Assembly (NCBI RefSeq): GCF_963921235.1
Contig: NC_086107.1
Coordinates: 112,346,001 to 112,410,000 of the forward strand
Length of the DNA stretch: 64,000 nt
Direction: 5' to 3'
Source of the DNA: Mobula hypostoma
Taxonomy: Eukaryota
The translations under genes were made by a program, and so were the position numbers. The notes under the pieces are model-generated. The model was not told the DNA's origin, made no database searches, and saw only the letters and a list, made by a program, of their open reading frames with translations. Shown here one piece after another: positions 23,385-35,600 of the stretch (positions within the stretch are counted from its first letter, which is position 1; every line of letters starts with the position of its first letter).

Positions 23385-23860
23385 CATGGATTCCCACTCA
23401 GGTTGGAGGAGCAACACCTTTTATTCCGTCCGAGTATCCTCCGGCCTGATGCACGAACATCGATTTCTCAAACTTCCAGGAACAATCTCCTTCACTGTTC
23501 CCCGTTCTCGTTGCCTTTCACACCTTCTCTTCTTGCCTGCCTGTCACCTCCTCTTGGTGCTTCTCCCCCTTCCTTTCTTCCATGATCTATCCTCTCCTAT
23601 CTAATTGCCCCTTCTCCAGCCCCTTATCTCTTCCACCAATCAACTTTCCAACTTTTTACTTCACCCCCTCCCTCTCTCCCGGTTCCCCCTATCACCTGCC
23701 ACCTTGTACTTCTTCCTCCCCTCCTCCCACCTTCTTACTCTCTCTCTCCTTCCTTTCCAGTCCTGATGAAAAGACTCGGCCCAAAATGTCGACTGTTTGC
23801 TCTTTTTCACAGATGGTGCCCGGCCTGCTGAGTTGCTCCAGCAATTTTTGTGTGTGGCCT
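23385..23860 (+). mobile_element. Penelope-like element 3' end / pseudo-LTR
   Basis: ctcaggttggaggagcaacacct (LRLEEQHL), pyrimidine tract and decayed hammerhead cctgatgaa..aaaatgtcgac. Confidence 0.8.
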
Positions 23861-23925
23861 TCTCTGGTTGTGAACCAATCCCATGTACTTCAGCCAGATG
23901 CAGGAGACAAAGCTTAGAGGCTACT

Positions 23926-24496
23926 GTACTCTGTGACCACTTTATTAGGTACACTTGCACACCTGCTCCTTAATGCAAATATCTAATCAGCCAATCATGT
24001 GGCCGCAGCTCAATGTATAAAAGCAGGCAGGCATGGTCAAGAGGTTCAGTTGTTGCTCAAACCAAACATCAAAATGGAGAAGAGATGTGATCTAAGTGAT
24101 TTTGAGCATAGAGTGATTGTTGGTGCCAGACAGGGTGGTTTGAGTATCTCAGAAACTGCTGATCTCCTGGGATTTTCATGAAAACTATCTTTAGAGTTTA
24201 CAGAGGATGGTGCAAAAAACAAAAAACCTCCAGTGAGCGGAAGTTCTGTGGGCAAGAGCACCTTGTTAATGAGAGAGGTCAGAGGAGAATGGCCAGACTG
24301 GTTCAAGCTGACAGGAAGGCGTCAGTAACTCAAATAACCAGACATGACAACAGTGGTGTGCAGAAGAGCATCTCGGAACACACAACACGTCGAACCTTGA
24401 ACTGGATGGGCTACAGCAGCAGAAGACCACGGATGTGCACTCAGTGGCCACTTTATTAGGTACAGGAGGCACCAAATAGCCTGGCCTCTGAGTGTA
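23926..24496 (+). mobile_element. Non-autonomous Tc1 derivative (transposase HTH only)
   Basis: TIR CACTCAGTGGCCACTTTATTAGGTAC-like; encodes CDLSDFEHRVIVGARQGGLSISETADLLGFS..RRMARLVQADRKA. Confidence 0.85.
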
Positions 24497-25652
24497 AAGC
24501 CAAAGGATGGGTTTTGTGTTAGGAGTAGTAGGTGGGAAGCTGAGATGTAAGAGGTAGAGAAGTACAGATTAAAAGTTAGAAGGTGATACGAGGAGGATTT
24601 TTTTTATCACCCAGAGGAGGTTGGAATCTGGAACACGTGCTTGAATGGGTTATGGAGGCAAGCACTATCACAACATACTTAGAGTTACGACACAATAACA
24701 GGTCCTCCAGCCCAACAAGCCCGTGCTGTCCAAGTACACCGATGTGACCAATTGACCTACTAACCCATAGGTTTTTAGGATGTGGAAGGAAACCGGAGCA
24801 CCCGAGGGAAACCCACATGATCACAGGGAGAATATATAAACTCCTTACAGACAGCGGTGGGAGTTCAACCTAGGTTAATACCGCTGTAATAGCATTTCGC
24901 CATCGCACCACTTATTTAAGTATTTAAACGAGTATTTGAATTACCAAGAAATCTATTAGTTAGGAGTAAATGGGATCAAAATGGAAGGGTACTTAATGGT
25001 TAACATGGAGATGGTGGGTCAAAATTTCTGTGCTGCTTGAGTCTATGAGTCTGCCTCAGTGGTCCAATGGTTCAATTTAATATTGGAAAGTGTATACAGT
25101 ATACAACCTGAAATTCTTACTCTTTGCAGACATCCACCAAACAGAACAAAAATCCCCAAAGAATGAATGACAGAAAAATGATAGAACCCCAAGCCCCCTC
25201 TCATGCACAAGCAGCAGCAGAAGTGTTAACCCTTCCCCCCCATTTGCTCCAGTTAAACCATCAACCCCCCCCCACCACCACCCACCTTGCAAGAAATAGC
25301 AAAGCCCCCAGAGACCATCAACTAGAGTCCACCAAAAAACTACTGTCCATCCCAACACTGCAACATCTCAGACAGGCTCTCTCTCTCTCGGACTAATGAG
25401 GGAGAGAGAGATATTGCTCCTGCAACAAAGAGAGGGGAGAACAACAGCTCGCTGTTCTGATGTTACAATCTGCCATGTTGTTTGTTCGAGTTCCTCAGCT
25501 CGACGACCTGCAGACTGTCACTCCCCATTGCTTGAGTCAGATATCTAAGAGTCTCAAAGCAAACTACAGAAAACCATGAGCAGCCTCTATCAACATACAT
25601 CAAAGTTGCTGGTGAACGCAGCAGGCCAGGCAGCATCTCTAGGAAGAGGTAC

Positions 25653-25688
25653 AGTCGACGTTTCAGGCCGAGACCCTTCGTCAGGACT
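25653..25688 (-). ncRNA. Minimal type I hammerhead ribozyme (Penelope pLTR)
   Basis: Reverse complement AGTC-CTGACGA-AGGGTCTCGGCCT-GAAA-CG-TC-GACT: stem I, CUGANGA core, stem II, GAAA, GUC site. Confidence 0.8.
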
Positions 25689-26803
25689 AACTGAAGGAAG
25701 AGCTAGTAAGAGATTTGAAAGTGGGAGGGGGAGAGGGAGAAGACAGGAGGGGGAGGGATGGAGCCAAGAGCTGGACAGGTGATTGGCAAAAGGGATATGA
25801 GAGGATCATGGGACAGGAGACCCAGGGAGAAGGAAAACGGGGGGGGGAACCCAGAGGATGGGCAAGGGGTATAGTCAGAGGGACAGAGGGAGAAAAAGGA
25901 GAGAGAGAGAAAGAATGTGTGTATATAAATAAATAACAGATGGGGTACGGGGGGAGGTGGGGCATTAGTGGAAGTTAGAGAAGTCAATGTTCATGCCATC
26001 AGGTTGGAGGCTACCCAGACGGAATAGAAGGTGTTGTTCCTCCAACCTGAGTGCGGCTTCATCTTTACAGTAGAGGAGGCCGTGGATAGACATATCAGAA
26101 CTATGCTGATCTCGTTGACTTCATTAACTTTGCCTCCAACTTTCACCCTGCCTTCAAGTTTACCTGGTCCATTTCCAACACCTCCCTCCCCTTTCTAGAT
26201 CTTTCTGTCTCTATCTCTGGAGACAGCTTATCTACTGATGTCTACTATAAGCCTACTGACACTCAAACTATCTGGACTATTCTTCTTCTCACCCTGTCTC
26301 TTGCAAAAATGCCACCTCCTTCTCGCAATTCCTCCGTCTCCACCGCATCTGCTCTCAGGATGAGGCTTTTCATTCCAGGATGAGGGAGATGTCCTCCTTT
26401 TTTAAAGAAAGGGGTTTCCCTTCCTCCACTATCAACTCTGCTCTCAAACGCATCTCCTCCATTTCACGCACATCTGCTCTCACTCCATCCTCCCGCCACC
26501 CCACTAGGAATAGGGTTCCCCTGGTCCTCACCTACCACCCCACCAGCCTCCGGGTCCAACATATTATTCTCCGTAACTTCCGCCACCTCCAACGGGATCC
26601 CACCACTAAGCACATCTTTCCCTCCCCCCCTCTCTGCTTTCCACAGGGATCGCTCCCTACATGACTCCCTTGTCAATTCGTCCCCCCCATCCCTCCCCAC
26701 TGATCTCCCTCCTGGCACTTATCCGTGTAAGCGGAACAAGTGCTACACATGCCCTTACACTTCCTCCCTTACCACCATTCAGGGCCCCAGACTGTCCTTC
26801 CAG

Positions 26804-27130
26804 GTGAGGGGACACTTCACCTGTGAGTCGGCTGGGGTGGTATACTGCGTCTGGTGCTCCCAATATGGCCTTCTATATATTGGCGAGACCCGACGCAGAC
26901 TGGGAGATCATTTTGCTGAACACCTACTCTCTGTCCACCAGAGAAAGCAGGATCTCCCAGTGGCCACACATTTTAATTCTGCATCCCATTCCCATTCTGA
27001 TATGTCTATCCATGGCCTCCTCTACTGTAAAGATGAAGCCGCACTCAGGTTGGAGGAACAACACCTTCTATTCCGTCTGGGTAGCCTCCAACCTGATGGC
27101 ATGAACATTGACTTCTCCAATTTCCGCTAA
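26804..27130 (+). pseudogene. Penelope GIY-YIG endonuclease domain
   Basis: VVY..C..LYIGET..R..EH..HFN..LEEQHL motif set. Confidence 0.85.
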
Positions 27131-27430
27131 TGCCCCACCTCCCTCTCGTACCCCATCCGTTATTTATTTATGTACATGCATTCTTTCTCTCTCTCTCCTT
27201 TTTCTCCCTCTGTCCCTCTGAGTATACCCCTTGCCCATCCTCTGGGTTTTCCCCCCCCTCCCCCTTTTCCTTCTCCCTGGGCCTCCTGTCCCATGATCCT
27301 CTCATATCCCTTTTGCCAATCACCTGTCCAGCTCTTGGCTCCATCCCTCCCCCTCCTGTCTTCTCCTATCATTTTGGATCTCCCCCTCCCCCTCCAGCTT
27401 TCAAATCCCTTACTAGCTCTTCCTTCAGTT

Positions 27431-27466
27431 AATCCTGACGAAGGGTCTCGGCCCGAAACGTCGACT
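27431..27466 (+). ncRNA. Minimal type I hammerhead ribozyme (Penelope pLTR)
   Basis: AATC-CTGACGA-AGGGTCTCGGCCC-GAAA-CG-TC-GACT; core intact, one stem I mismatch. Confidence 0.75.
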
Positions 27467-27599
27467 GTACCTCTTCCTAGAGATGCTGCCTGGCCTGCTG
27501 CATTCACCAGCAACTTTGATGTGTGTTGCTTGAATTTCCAGCATCCGCAGAATTCCTCGTGTTTGCGACACTAACAATACTACTACAATGCTAGTTACT

Positions 27600-28216
27600 A
27601 ATATTGTAGACCCCAGTAGATAACAATGGAGGAATTCATCCAGTGTACACCGCCGTGTTCTTTCCATTGACTATAAATGAACAAAATCAGTGCAGACACC
27701 GAATGCAAGTAATGGACTGCTTTCGACAATTGCATCCTCCAAATCTTCATTTTCATTGTAACATTCAAGATGATTGTTGATACCTTCAAATTCTTCATAG
27801 TCCTAACTTGTTGAAGTAGTGAAATCATTTCACTCCCAGCAGTTTCTAGCTTCTCCAAGCCTGAATGTTTGAAACCACAGTGAACAAAACAGTTCAAAAT
27901 TGTCTTACTGCTTATTTCTTGCCAACTATCAGTAACAAAATTCCCTGCTTTTTGAAGACAAGCGCATGCAACTGATGCTATTTAAAAACAGTTCACTCTA
28001 AGCACAGTGAGGTGTCTAATGACCACCCAAATGCACTCAAGAAATGCCAGTTGGAAACTTCAGAAGCAATCTTCTGTACCAATAAAGTGGCATAGTGTCC
28101 CAAATAAATGAAGAGAATCCCAGCTATTTTCTTGATTGGTTTTTGTTCTTTATGAGTCCAAATTAAAGCAGCTGCCCCGATTAGCTGTTTACCCAAGTAA
28201 CTGGAATCCCCTGTAC
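27600..28216 (-). mobile_element. pogo/Tigger-like DNA transposon remnant
   Basis: NCFVHCGF resembles the Tigger transposase C-terminus; TIR-like end taactggaatcccctgta. Confidence 0.45.
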
Positions 28217-28759
28217 TATAACTATTATTTCAGAGGGAGACAGCACGGTAACAGCCCATGTCTCCCAAATGCATTCATGTAACCAATTAATCTGCTAGCC
28301 AATACATCTTTGGAATGTGGGAGAAAACCAGAGCATCTGGAGGAAATCCATTCAGTCACGGGGGAAACCCAGATCGCTAAGCTACTGTGCCACTCCTTTT
28401 TTTGGGATTTTTTGGGGAATTAGCCTCAGGAATAGATTCAGTGGCTGAGCTCCACAGCTTGTTTGAGTATAGAATTCCAAAGACTCAAGCATTAGATGAA
28501 GAAATCTCTTCCCATTTCTGCCCTCAAACTGGGTTTATGAAGAATGGTTTAGATACCCAAATCACAGGAAGCATCGTCCCTGCATTTACCCTGGCAAACA
28601 GTGTAATAATTTTGTTGAATTAAATTAAATCATATCTATTTCTTCTGAAATCAAGTGATTAAGCCCAATCTGGTACCACCCTGCAAAACAACATTAACAA
28701 TAATTAAGGAGAAGAGAGAAAGAATTATATAACTGTGGAAGAAGAGTTAATGAGCTAAA

Positions 28760-29820
28760 ATACATCTGCCCTCACCCACATCTCTTACATTTCCTAGACC
28801 CCATTTTCCTGCCGTCTTAACAGTGATAGAGTTCCTTTTGTCCTAGCCTACCACCCCATGGGCCTTCACATCTAACACATCATTCTCTGGAAATTCCACC
28901 ATCTCCAAAGGGATCCTACCACCATAAACATCTTTAATTTTCCCCCACCCACTCTCCACATTCCATAGGCATCTCTCGCTCTGTGATTCCCTTGTCCATT
29001 TGTCCCTCCCCATTAATCTCTCTCCCAGTACTTATCCCTGCAAATGGCCAAAGAGCTAAACCTGCCCACTCCCCTCCTCCCTCACCTCCATTCAGGGCCC
29101 ACAACAGTCCTTCCAGCTAAAGCAACACTTCACTAGTGAATCTTTTGGGGTTATCTATTGTATCCATCCCACCCAATACGGCCTCCTCTACATTGTTGAG
29201 ACCCGTCACAAACTAGGAGACTGCTTTGTTAAGCACTTCCATTCCAACCACCAAAAGTACCGGTGGCCAGCCATTTTAATTCCTATCGCCAATCCCATTC
29301 CAACATGTCAGTCCATGACCTCCTCTTTTGCCACAAATAGGCCACTCTCAAGATGGAGGAGCTGCACTTCATATTCAGTCTGGGTAGCCTCCAACCTGAT
29401 AGCATGAATATCGATTTCTCCTTCCAGTAAATTTTCCCCCTCCCTCTTCCCTGATCTTCTATTCCTCACTCTGGGCTCTTCCCTCTTCTCACCTACCTAT
29501 CACCTCCCCCTGGTGCCTCTCCTACTTGCCTTTCTCCCATGGTCAACTTTCCTCTCCTGTCAGATTCCTTCCTCTCCAGCCCTTGACCTTTCCCGCCCAC
29601 CTGTCGTCACCTATCACCTTCCAGCTAGCCTCCTTCCCCTCCCCCCAACTTTTTATTCTGGCATCTTCCTCTTTCCTTCTCAGTCCTGAAAAAGGTTCTT
29701 GGCCTGAAACATTGACTGTTGATTCATTTCCATAGATACTGCCTGACCTGCTGAGTTCCTCCATCATCTTGTGTGTGTTGCTCTGGATTTCCAGCATCTG
29801 CAGACTTTCTCATGTTTACA
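28760..29820 (+). mobile_element. Degenerate Penelope-like element (GIY-YIG region plus pLTR)
   Basis: Collinear with 26470-27565 (ctccattcagggccc, ctgggtagcctccaacctgat, pLTR end). Confidence 0.85.
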
Positions 29821-29954
29821 ATTTTATAGAATTCATCTCCATTTCTTTAGAATTCAAGTAATTAATCCCAGTCTGCTTGACCAAGGAACAACTTCTTCAC
29901 ACAGAGGTTGGAGAGTACATGGAACGAGCTGCCAGAGAGAGTGATAGATGTCTT

Positions 29955-30520
29955 CAAAGTTCGTATGTGTCACCATATACTTTATTGTCACCAAACAATT
30001 GATACTAGAGCGTACAATCATCACAGCAATATTTGATTCTGCGCTTCGCGCTTCCTGGATTACAAATCGATAGTACATATTAAAAATTTAAATTATAAAT
30101 CATAAATAGAAAATAGAAAAGGGAAAGTAAGGTAGTGCAAAAAGAAACCGAGAGGCAGGTCCGGATATACAACCCTGAGATCCATTTTCTTGTGGACATA
30201 ATAAATGTATAAAATTACATCTAGAACAGAATTAGTGAAAGACACCCCAACTTGGGCATTCAACCAAAGTGCAGAAGACAGCAAACTGAGCAAATACAAA
30301 AAGAAAGAAATAATAATAAGCAATAAATATTGAGAACATGAGATGAAGGGTCCTTAAAAGTGAGTCAATTGGTTGTGGGAAAATTTCAATGATGGTTGTA
30401 AGTGAAGTTGTCCCCTTTGGTTCAACAGCCTGATGGTTGAGAGGTAATAACTTCCTGAACCTGGTGGTGTGAGTCCTGAGCCTCCTGTATCTTCTTCCTG
30501 ATGGCAGCAGTGGGAAGAGA
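29955..30520 (-). mobile_element. Rex/Babar 3' end with a nested short insertion (about 29981-30164, ATATAC duplication)
   Basis: LFPLLPSGRRYRRLRTHTTRF; 3'UTR shared with other Rex copies. Confidence 0.7.
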
Positions 30521-31706
30521 GATGAAGGTACAGTTACTGGTGTGCAGAAGACTCTCTTTTCAAGGTGATAATTGACTCTATTGCCATCACTCCCATGGGC
30601 CATGAGTTCTAGATTCCGACTACTCTCTGCGTTGAAAGCTTTTGTGGTGCCCGGAGGGTAGACCTTCGCGTTTGAGTAGTGTTTCTCTCTTTCGAGAATG
30701 TCAGAAGATGTTATCGAGGTTCCGCATTTATGAATTTGGACTATGGACTTTTTTTCAGCATTATGGTTCTTATATTCTGTTTTCACCCATTCTTTCTCAT
30801 CGTTTCTTTTGTGCAGGGGGAAGGTGGGTTCTGGGATCAATGTTGCGTTTTTTGTACAAGGGGAGGGAGATTTGGGGGATAATGCTCTTGTTGCATTCTG
30901 TGTGTGGAGGAAGGGGGTTTGGGGGGGTGTTGATGATCGTGTTTCCATTCTTATTTTTGAGTGGGGGGTGGATTTCCTGTTTTTCTTTGAGCAGCTTCCA
31001 CGGTTTTACTTTGTTTTGTGACTATCTGGAGAAGAAGAATCTCAGAGTTGTGTACTGCATACATACTTAGCTAATAAATGAGCCTTCGACCCTTTGCTAT
31101 CCCTTACATCTGCTGCCCATCCCTTTAAGTCCGCGTCTGCTGGTCCTCACAACAACCAACCGTGGGAGAAAAGCCTTGAATTTTCATACACCTCCATCAA
31201 GTCCGTCAACACCATGGTGAGCAGTCGCAGCTCATCTAGTCTAACCTTAGTGATCACTCATCCCAGGAACTAATACAGTGTGACATAATACATAACAAAA
31301 TTATTGCACCTTTATGATATATTGCTGTCTGTGCACTCTACAGGAACTGCAAGGTTAACATTGAGGATACCAACAGTGGCCCGTACACTAAATATTTCAT
31401 TGGCATTCCGACTGCCCTGAGGGTGAGAAGGATCCACGTGAATGCAAGTCCTATATTTGCCTTCAAACAGAATTGATTAGTTGCTGACTGATCCCAGCTC
31501 CGGCAGCTCGCGGAATAATTCATCAATTGCAAGCAGATCTCGGGACGTCCCGAGGAAGAGATTGGCACTGCACAACTGTTGCGATTTATTTCTCTCTGCT
31601 TTGATTTATACTACAGACATTTCAGCTCCAGCACTCGTCTCTCCATCCTCTGACAAATTTTGAAGGCGTGATTTGAAGTGATGGAGCAATAGATTCTGGG
31701 CACTTT

Positions 31707-31755
31707 TAGCTCCACTGTGGGCAGTCCCAAGGCCGGCTGTGAAAGGAGGAGGGTT
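31707..31755 (+). ncRNA. Degenerate twister ribozyme motif at the 5' end of an RTE-type fragment (to about 31850)
   Basis: TAG-CTCC-AC..GCAG-TCCCAAG-GCCGG..AAA-GGAG-GAGGG-TTGGG, compared with the twister pattern UAA-P2-GC..CCGG-UCCCAAGC-CCGG..P2'-GAGGG. Confidence 0.6.
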
Positions 31756-31864
31756 GGGTAAGGGGGCTAGCAACCACCACCCCATAAAAACCCAGAGCTG
31801 TAGGAATGCTAACAAGGTCCTCGTCCCTGGGAGAGGAAAGACCTTCACTTAAAATGGGTAGCTT

Positions 31865-32660
31865 AAGGTGCCAAGGTAGCTTGGCGGTTAGCGCGACACT
31901 GTTGGAGTTCGTGGCATCAGAGTTTGGAGTTCAATTCTGACATTCCCCCCTGTGGAATGTGTGGGTTTTCCCCGGGTGCTCCAGTTTCCTCCCACAGTCC
32001 AGAGGTAAGTGAATTGATCATTGTAAATCAGGTTTGATGGAGAATGGATGTGAAATCACAGAGGAACATCTAGAGAAATTTCTGAAACGCCCGTTCGCTG
32101 CTGTCGTTACTGCGTGGTCGGGAATCTTTCAGAGGGTAGGCCTCAAAATCCCCGGCCTTGCCTGCTTTTGGCGACCGAGAAGGAGGTCAAATCGTTCGGA
32201 CAGAGATGGCACTCAGTACTCGGTGTCGGAGAGCTGATCGGAGCTCAAAGTTTTCGGACGACTCAGAGTCAGATTGTGGTCGGCATGGCAGGGAGAGTTT
32301 TTCTCCCCTCTCCCGTCTGCGTGAGATGTGGGACATTTGAGAAACTTTGAACTTTACTGTGCTCACGGACTTTCTTCATCAAGTTATGTTATTGTTGCAC
32401 TGTTGTAACTATATGTATGATTATGTGGTTTTGTTAGTTTTTCAGTCTTGGTCTGTCCTGTGTTTCTGTGATATCACACGGGAGGAAATAATGTATCATT
32501 TCTTAATGCATGCATTACTAAATGACAATAAATGGGGATTACGTGTCTTCATAATCTAAAAAAATTAGGTTAGGGTTAAATCGGGGTTGTCGGGGTTGCT
32601 AGTGCGGTGTGTCTCAAAGGACCGGGATGGCCTGTTCCGCGGTGTCCCTAAGTAAATAAA
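31865..32660 (+). mobile_element. V-SINE interrupted by a CpG-rich non-LTR element 3' end (about 32030-32562)
   Basis: SINE head and core at 31865-32030, tail resumes at 32563. The insert ends gacaataaa..ataatctaaaaaaa. Confidence 0.65.
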
Positions 32661-32925
32661 TAGAAGACGTGTGAAATCGTGTGGTGAAAGCAGAGCCACA
32701 GAGCAAATCAAACTTTGGCCCAGGACTGAGGACTCTGGAAAACTGCTGTTGGCAGCCTATGTCCCAGAAGGAATGATGGGCTTGAGAAAGAGAGGAAGAA
32801 GGTTTTTGATGAGATTCTGAGGGCAAGGTCATTGCTTGGGAACCTCGTCTCATCTCCACTGTCCCCCTGTCTGAGCCATGATAGGAAAAGCTGCAGAAGG
32901 CCCTATGTCACAATCTAACCACCTA

Positions 32926-32926
<1 letters not shown>

Positions 32927-32977
<51 letters not shown>

Positions 32978-33409
32978 ACAGACACACAGACACACAGACA
33001 CACACACACACGCACACACACAGACATATACACACACAGACACACACACACACATACACACAGACATATACACACACATACTCACACTCACACACATACA
33101 CACAGACATATACACACACATACTCACACTCACACACATGCACACACACACACAGACATACACAGACACACATACACAAACACACACACATATATACACA
33201 CACACAGACACACATACACAAACACACACACATATATACACACACACAGACACACACACATATATACACACACACAGACACACACACACACACACACACA
33301 TACACACAGACACACACAGACACACATACACATACACACACATACACACACACACAGACACACAAACACACACACACACATATACAAACACACATACACA
33401 CACGCGCAT

Positions 33410-33448
<39 letters not shown>

Positions 33449-33472
33449 GACACACACATATACACACACACA

Positions 33473-33536
<64 letters not shown>
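32927..33536. repeat. Compound (CA)n microsatellite
   Basis: Directly visible. Confidence 0.98.
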
Positions 33537-33537
<1 letters not shown>

Positions 33538-33990
33538 GCACAAGGGATTCTGCAGATGCTGGAAATCCAGAACAACATGCACACAAAATGCTGGGGGATC
33601 TCAGCCGGTCAGGCAGCATCTATGGAGGGGAATAAACAGTCGACATCTCGGGCCGGGACTCTTCGTTGAGACTGGAAAGGAAGGGGTGAAGGGAGGAGAA
33701 GTCAGAATAAGAAGCTGGGGGAGGGGAAGAAGCACAAACTGCAGGTGATTGATGAAACTTGGTGAGAGGGGAAGGCGAGTGTGTGTGGAGGAAGGGGATG
33801 AAGTGAGAAGCTGGGAGGCGATAGGTGGAAAAAGTAAAGGGTTGAAGAAGAAGGAATCTGATAGAGGAAAAGCGTGGACCATGCGAAAAAGGAAAGGAGG
33901 CAGAGCACCAGAGGAAGTTGGAGAAATTGATGTTCATGCCATCAGGTTGGAGGCTACCCAGAAGGAATATGAGGAGTTGCTCCTCCATAG
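33537..33990 (-). mobile_element. Penelope pLTR / 3' end
   Basis: tctgcagatgctggaaatcc..gatgttcatgccatcaggttggaggctaccc. Confidence 0.8.
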
Positions 33991-34081
33991 ACACAACACA
34001 TACACACATGCACACGCAGACACATACACAATACTTGCACGTGCAGACACACAGATGCACACTTGTATATGTGCGTGCAGA

Positions 34082-34644
34082 TACACTCAGAAGTAATTTT
34101 TTTAGGTGCCTCCTGTACTTAATAAATTGGCCACTGAGTGTATGTTCATGGTCTTCTGCTGCTGTAGCCCATTCACATCAATGTTCATCGTGTTGTGAAT
34201 TCGGAGATGCTCTTCTGCACACCACTGTTGTTACATGTGGTTACTTGAGTTACTGTCACTTTCCTGTCAGCTTGAACCAGTCTGGCCATTTTCCCCTGTC
34301 CTCTGTCATTAACTAGGCATTTTTGCCTACGTAACTGCCCCTCACTGAATGTTTTTTGTTTCTCGCACCATTCTCTGTAAACACTAGAGACAGTTGTCCC
34401 AGGAGAATAGCAGTTTCTGAGATACTCAAACCACCCCATCTGGCACCAACAATCATTCCACAGTCAAATTCACATAGATCACATCTCTTCCCCATTCTGA
34501 TGTTTGGGCGGAACAACAATTGAACCTCTTGACCATGTCTGCATGCTTTTGTGCATTGAGTAGCTGCCACATGATTGGTTGATTAGATATTTGCAATAAT
34601 GAGCAGGTGTACAGCTGCACCTAATAAAGTGACTACTGAGCATA
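34082..34644 (-). mobile_element. Non-autonomous Tc1 derivative
   Basis: Same TIRs and HTH-coding segment as 23926-24496 (ORFs 34185-34570). Confidence 0.85.
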
Positions 34645-34859
34645 TAAACAGAAGAGATACTGTAGGTGCTAGATATCTTGAACAACAATCAAATGCCAAA
34701 GTTTATAGATTAATCAAAGGTTACACCTCCATTGCACCTCAAGTGCAGTTGTGTGGCAAAAATCTGCGGGGAATAAGTGGGAGTATGGGGAAATTATTAT
34801 TCTTGATGGTTGTCACGGTGTTGGTGGATCCGCTTCTGTTCTATATAAATCTATGTTTA

Positions 34860-35600
34860 ACTCTGGAGAGGATGTTTCCTGCAGTGGGGAGTTTAGAACC
34901 CGAGGGCACAGCCTCAGAATAGAGGGACGTACATTTAGAACAGAGGTGAGGAGAAATTTCTTTAGCCAGAGGGTGGTGAATCTGTGGAATTCATTGCAAC
35001 AGATGGCTTTGGAGGCCAAGTCATTTGGTATATTTGAATTGGAGGTTGATAGGTTCTTGATCAGTAGGTGGTCATTGATCATGGGGAGAAAGCAGGGAAA
35101 TGGGGTTGAAGGGGTTAATCGATCAGCTAGGGTGAAATGTGGAGCAGATTCGATGGGCAAATGATCTATATTCTGCTTCTATGTCTTAAACCCTTACGAT
35201 TTTATAGCAGGTTTCTGGAACTTGTTTCATATCTGACTTCTATTAAGAGGAATATTAATATTAAGAGGAATAGATAGAGTGGATAGCCAGCGCCTCTTCC
35301 CCAGGGCACCACTGCTCAATACAAGAGGACATGGCTTTAAGGTAAGGGGTGGGAAGTTCAAGGGGGATATTAGAGGAAGGTTTTTTACTCAGAGAGTGGT
35401 TGGTGCGTGGAATGCACTGCCTGAGTCAGTGGTGGAGGCAGATACACTAGTGAAATTTAAGAGACTACTAGACAGGTATATGGAGGAATTTAAGGTGGGG
35501 GGGGTTATAGGGGAGGCAGGGTTTGAGGGTTGGCACAACAATGTGGGCCGAAGGGCCTGTACTGTGCTGTACTATTCTATGTTCTATGTTCTATATGTTC
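34860..35600 (+). mobile_element. Two tandem CR1 3' fragments (34860-35190, 35263-35600)
   Basis: TRGHSLRI..FFSQRVVNLWNSL and TRGHGFKV..FFTQRVVGAWNALP; TTCTATG tails. Confidence 0.88.

Larger units (their letters stand above)
25591..27565 (+). mobile_element. Penelope-like retroelement: inverted pLTR (25591-26100), RT C-terminus, GIY-YIG endonuclease, 3' pLTR
   Basis: FINFASNFHPAFKFTWSIS..LPFLD..DVYYKPTD; ORF 26804-27130 (GVVYCVWCSQYGLLYIGET..HFN); 25591-26100 is the inverted copy of 26995-27528. Confidence 0.92.

Noticed and set aside
30232..30948. 238-aa ORF as a host gene
   Set aside because: Chimeric read-through of unrelated repeats ending in a Rex 3' fragment.
32850..33669. His/Thr- or Cys/Val-rich proteins
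   Set aside because: Translations of a (CA)n microsatellite.
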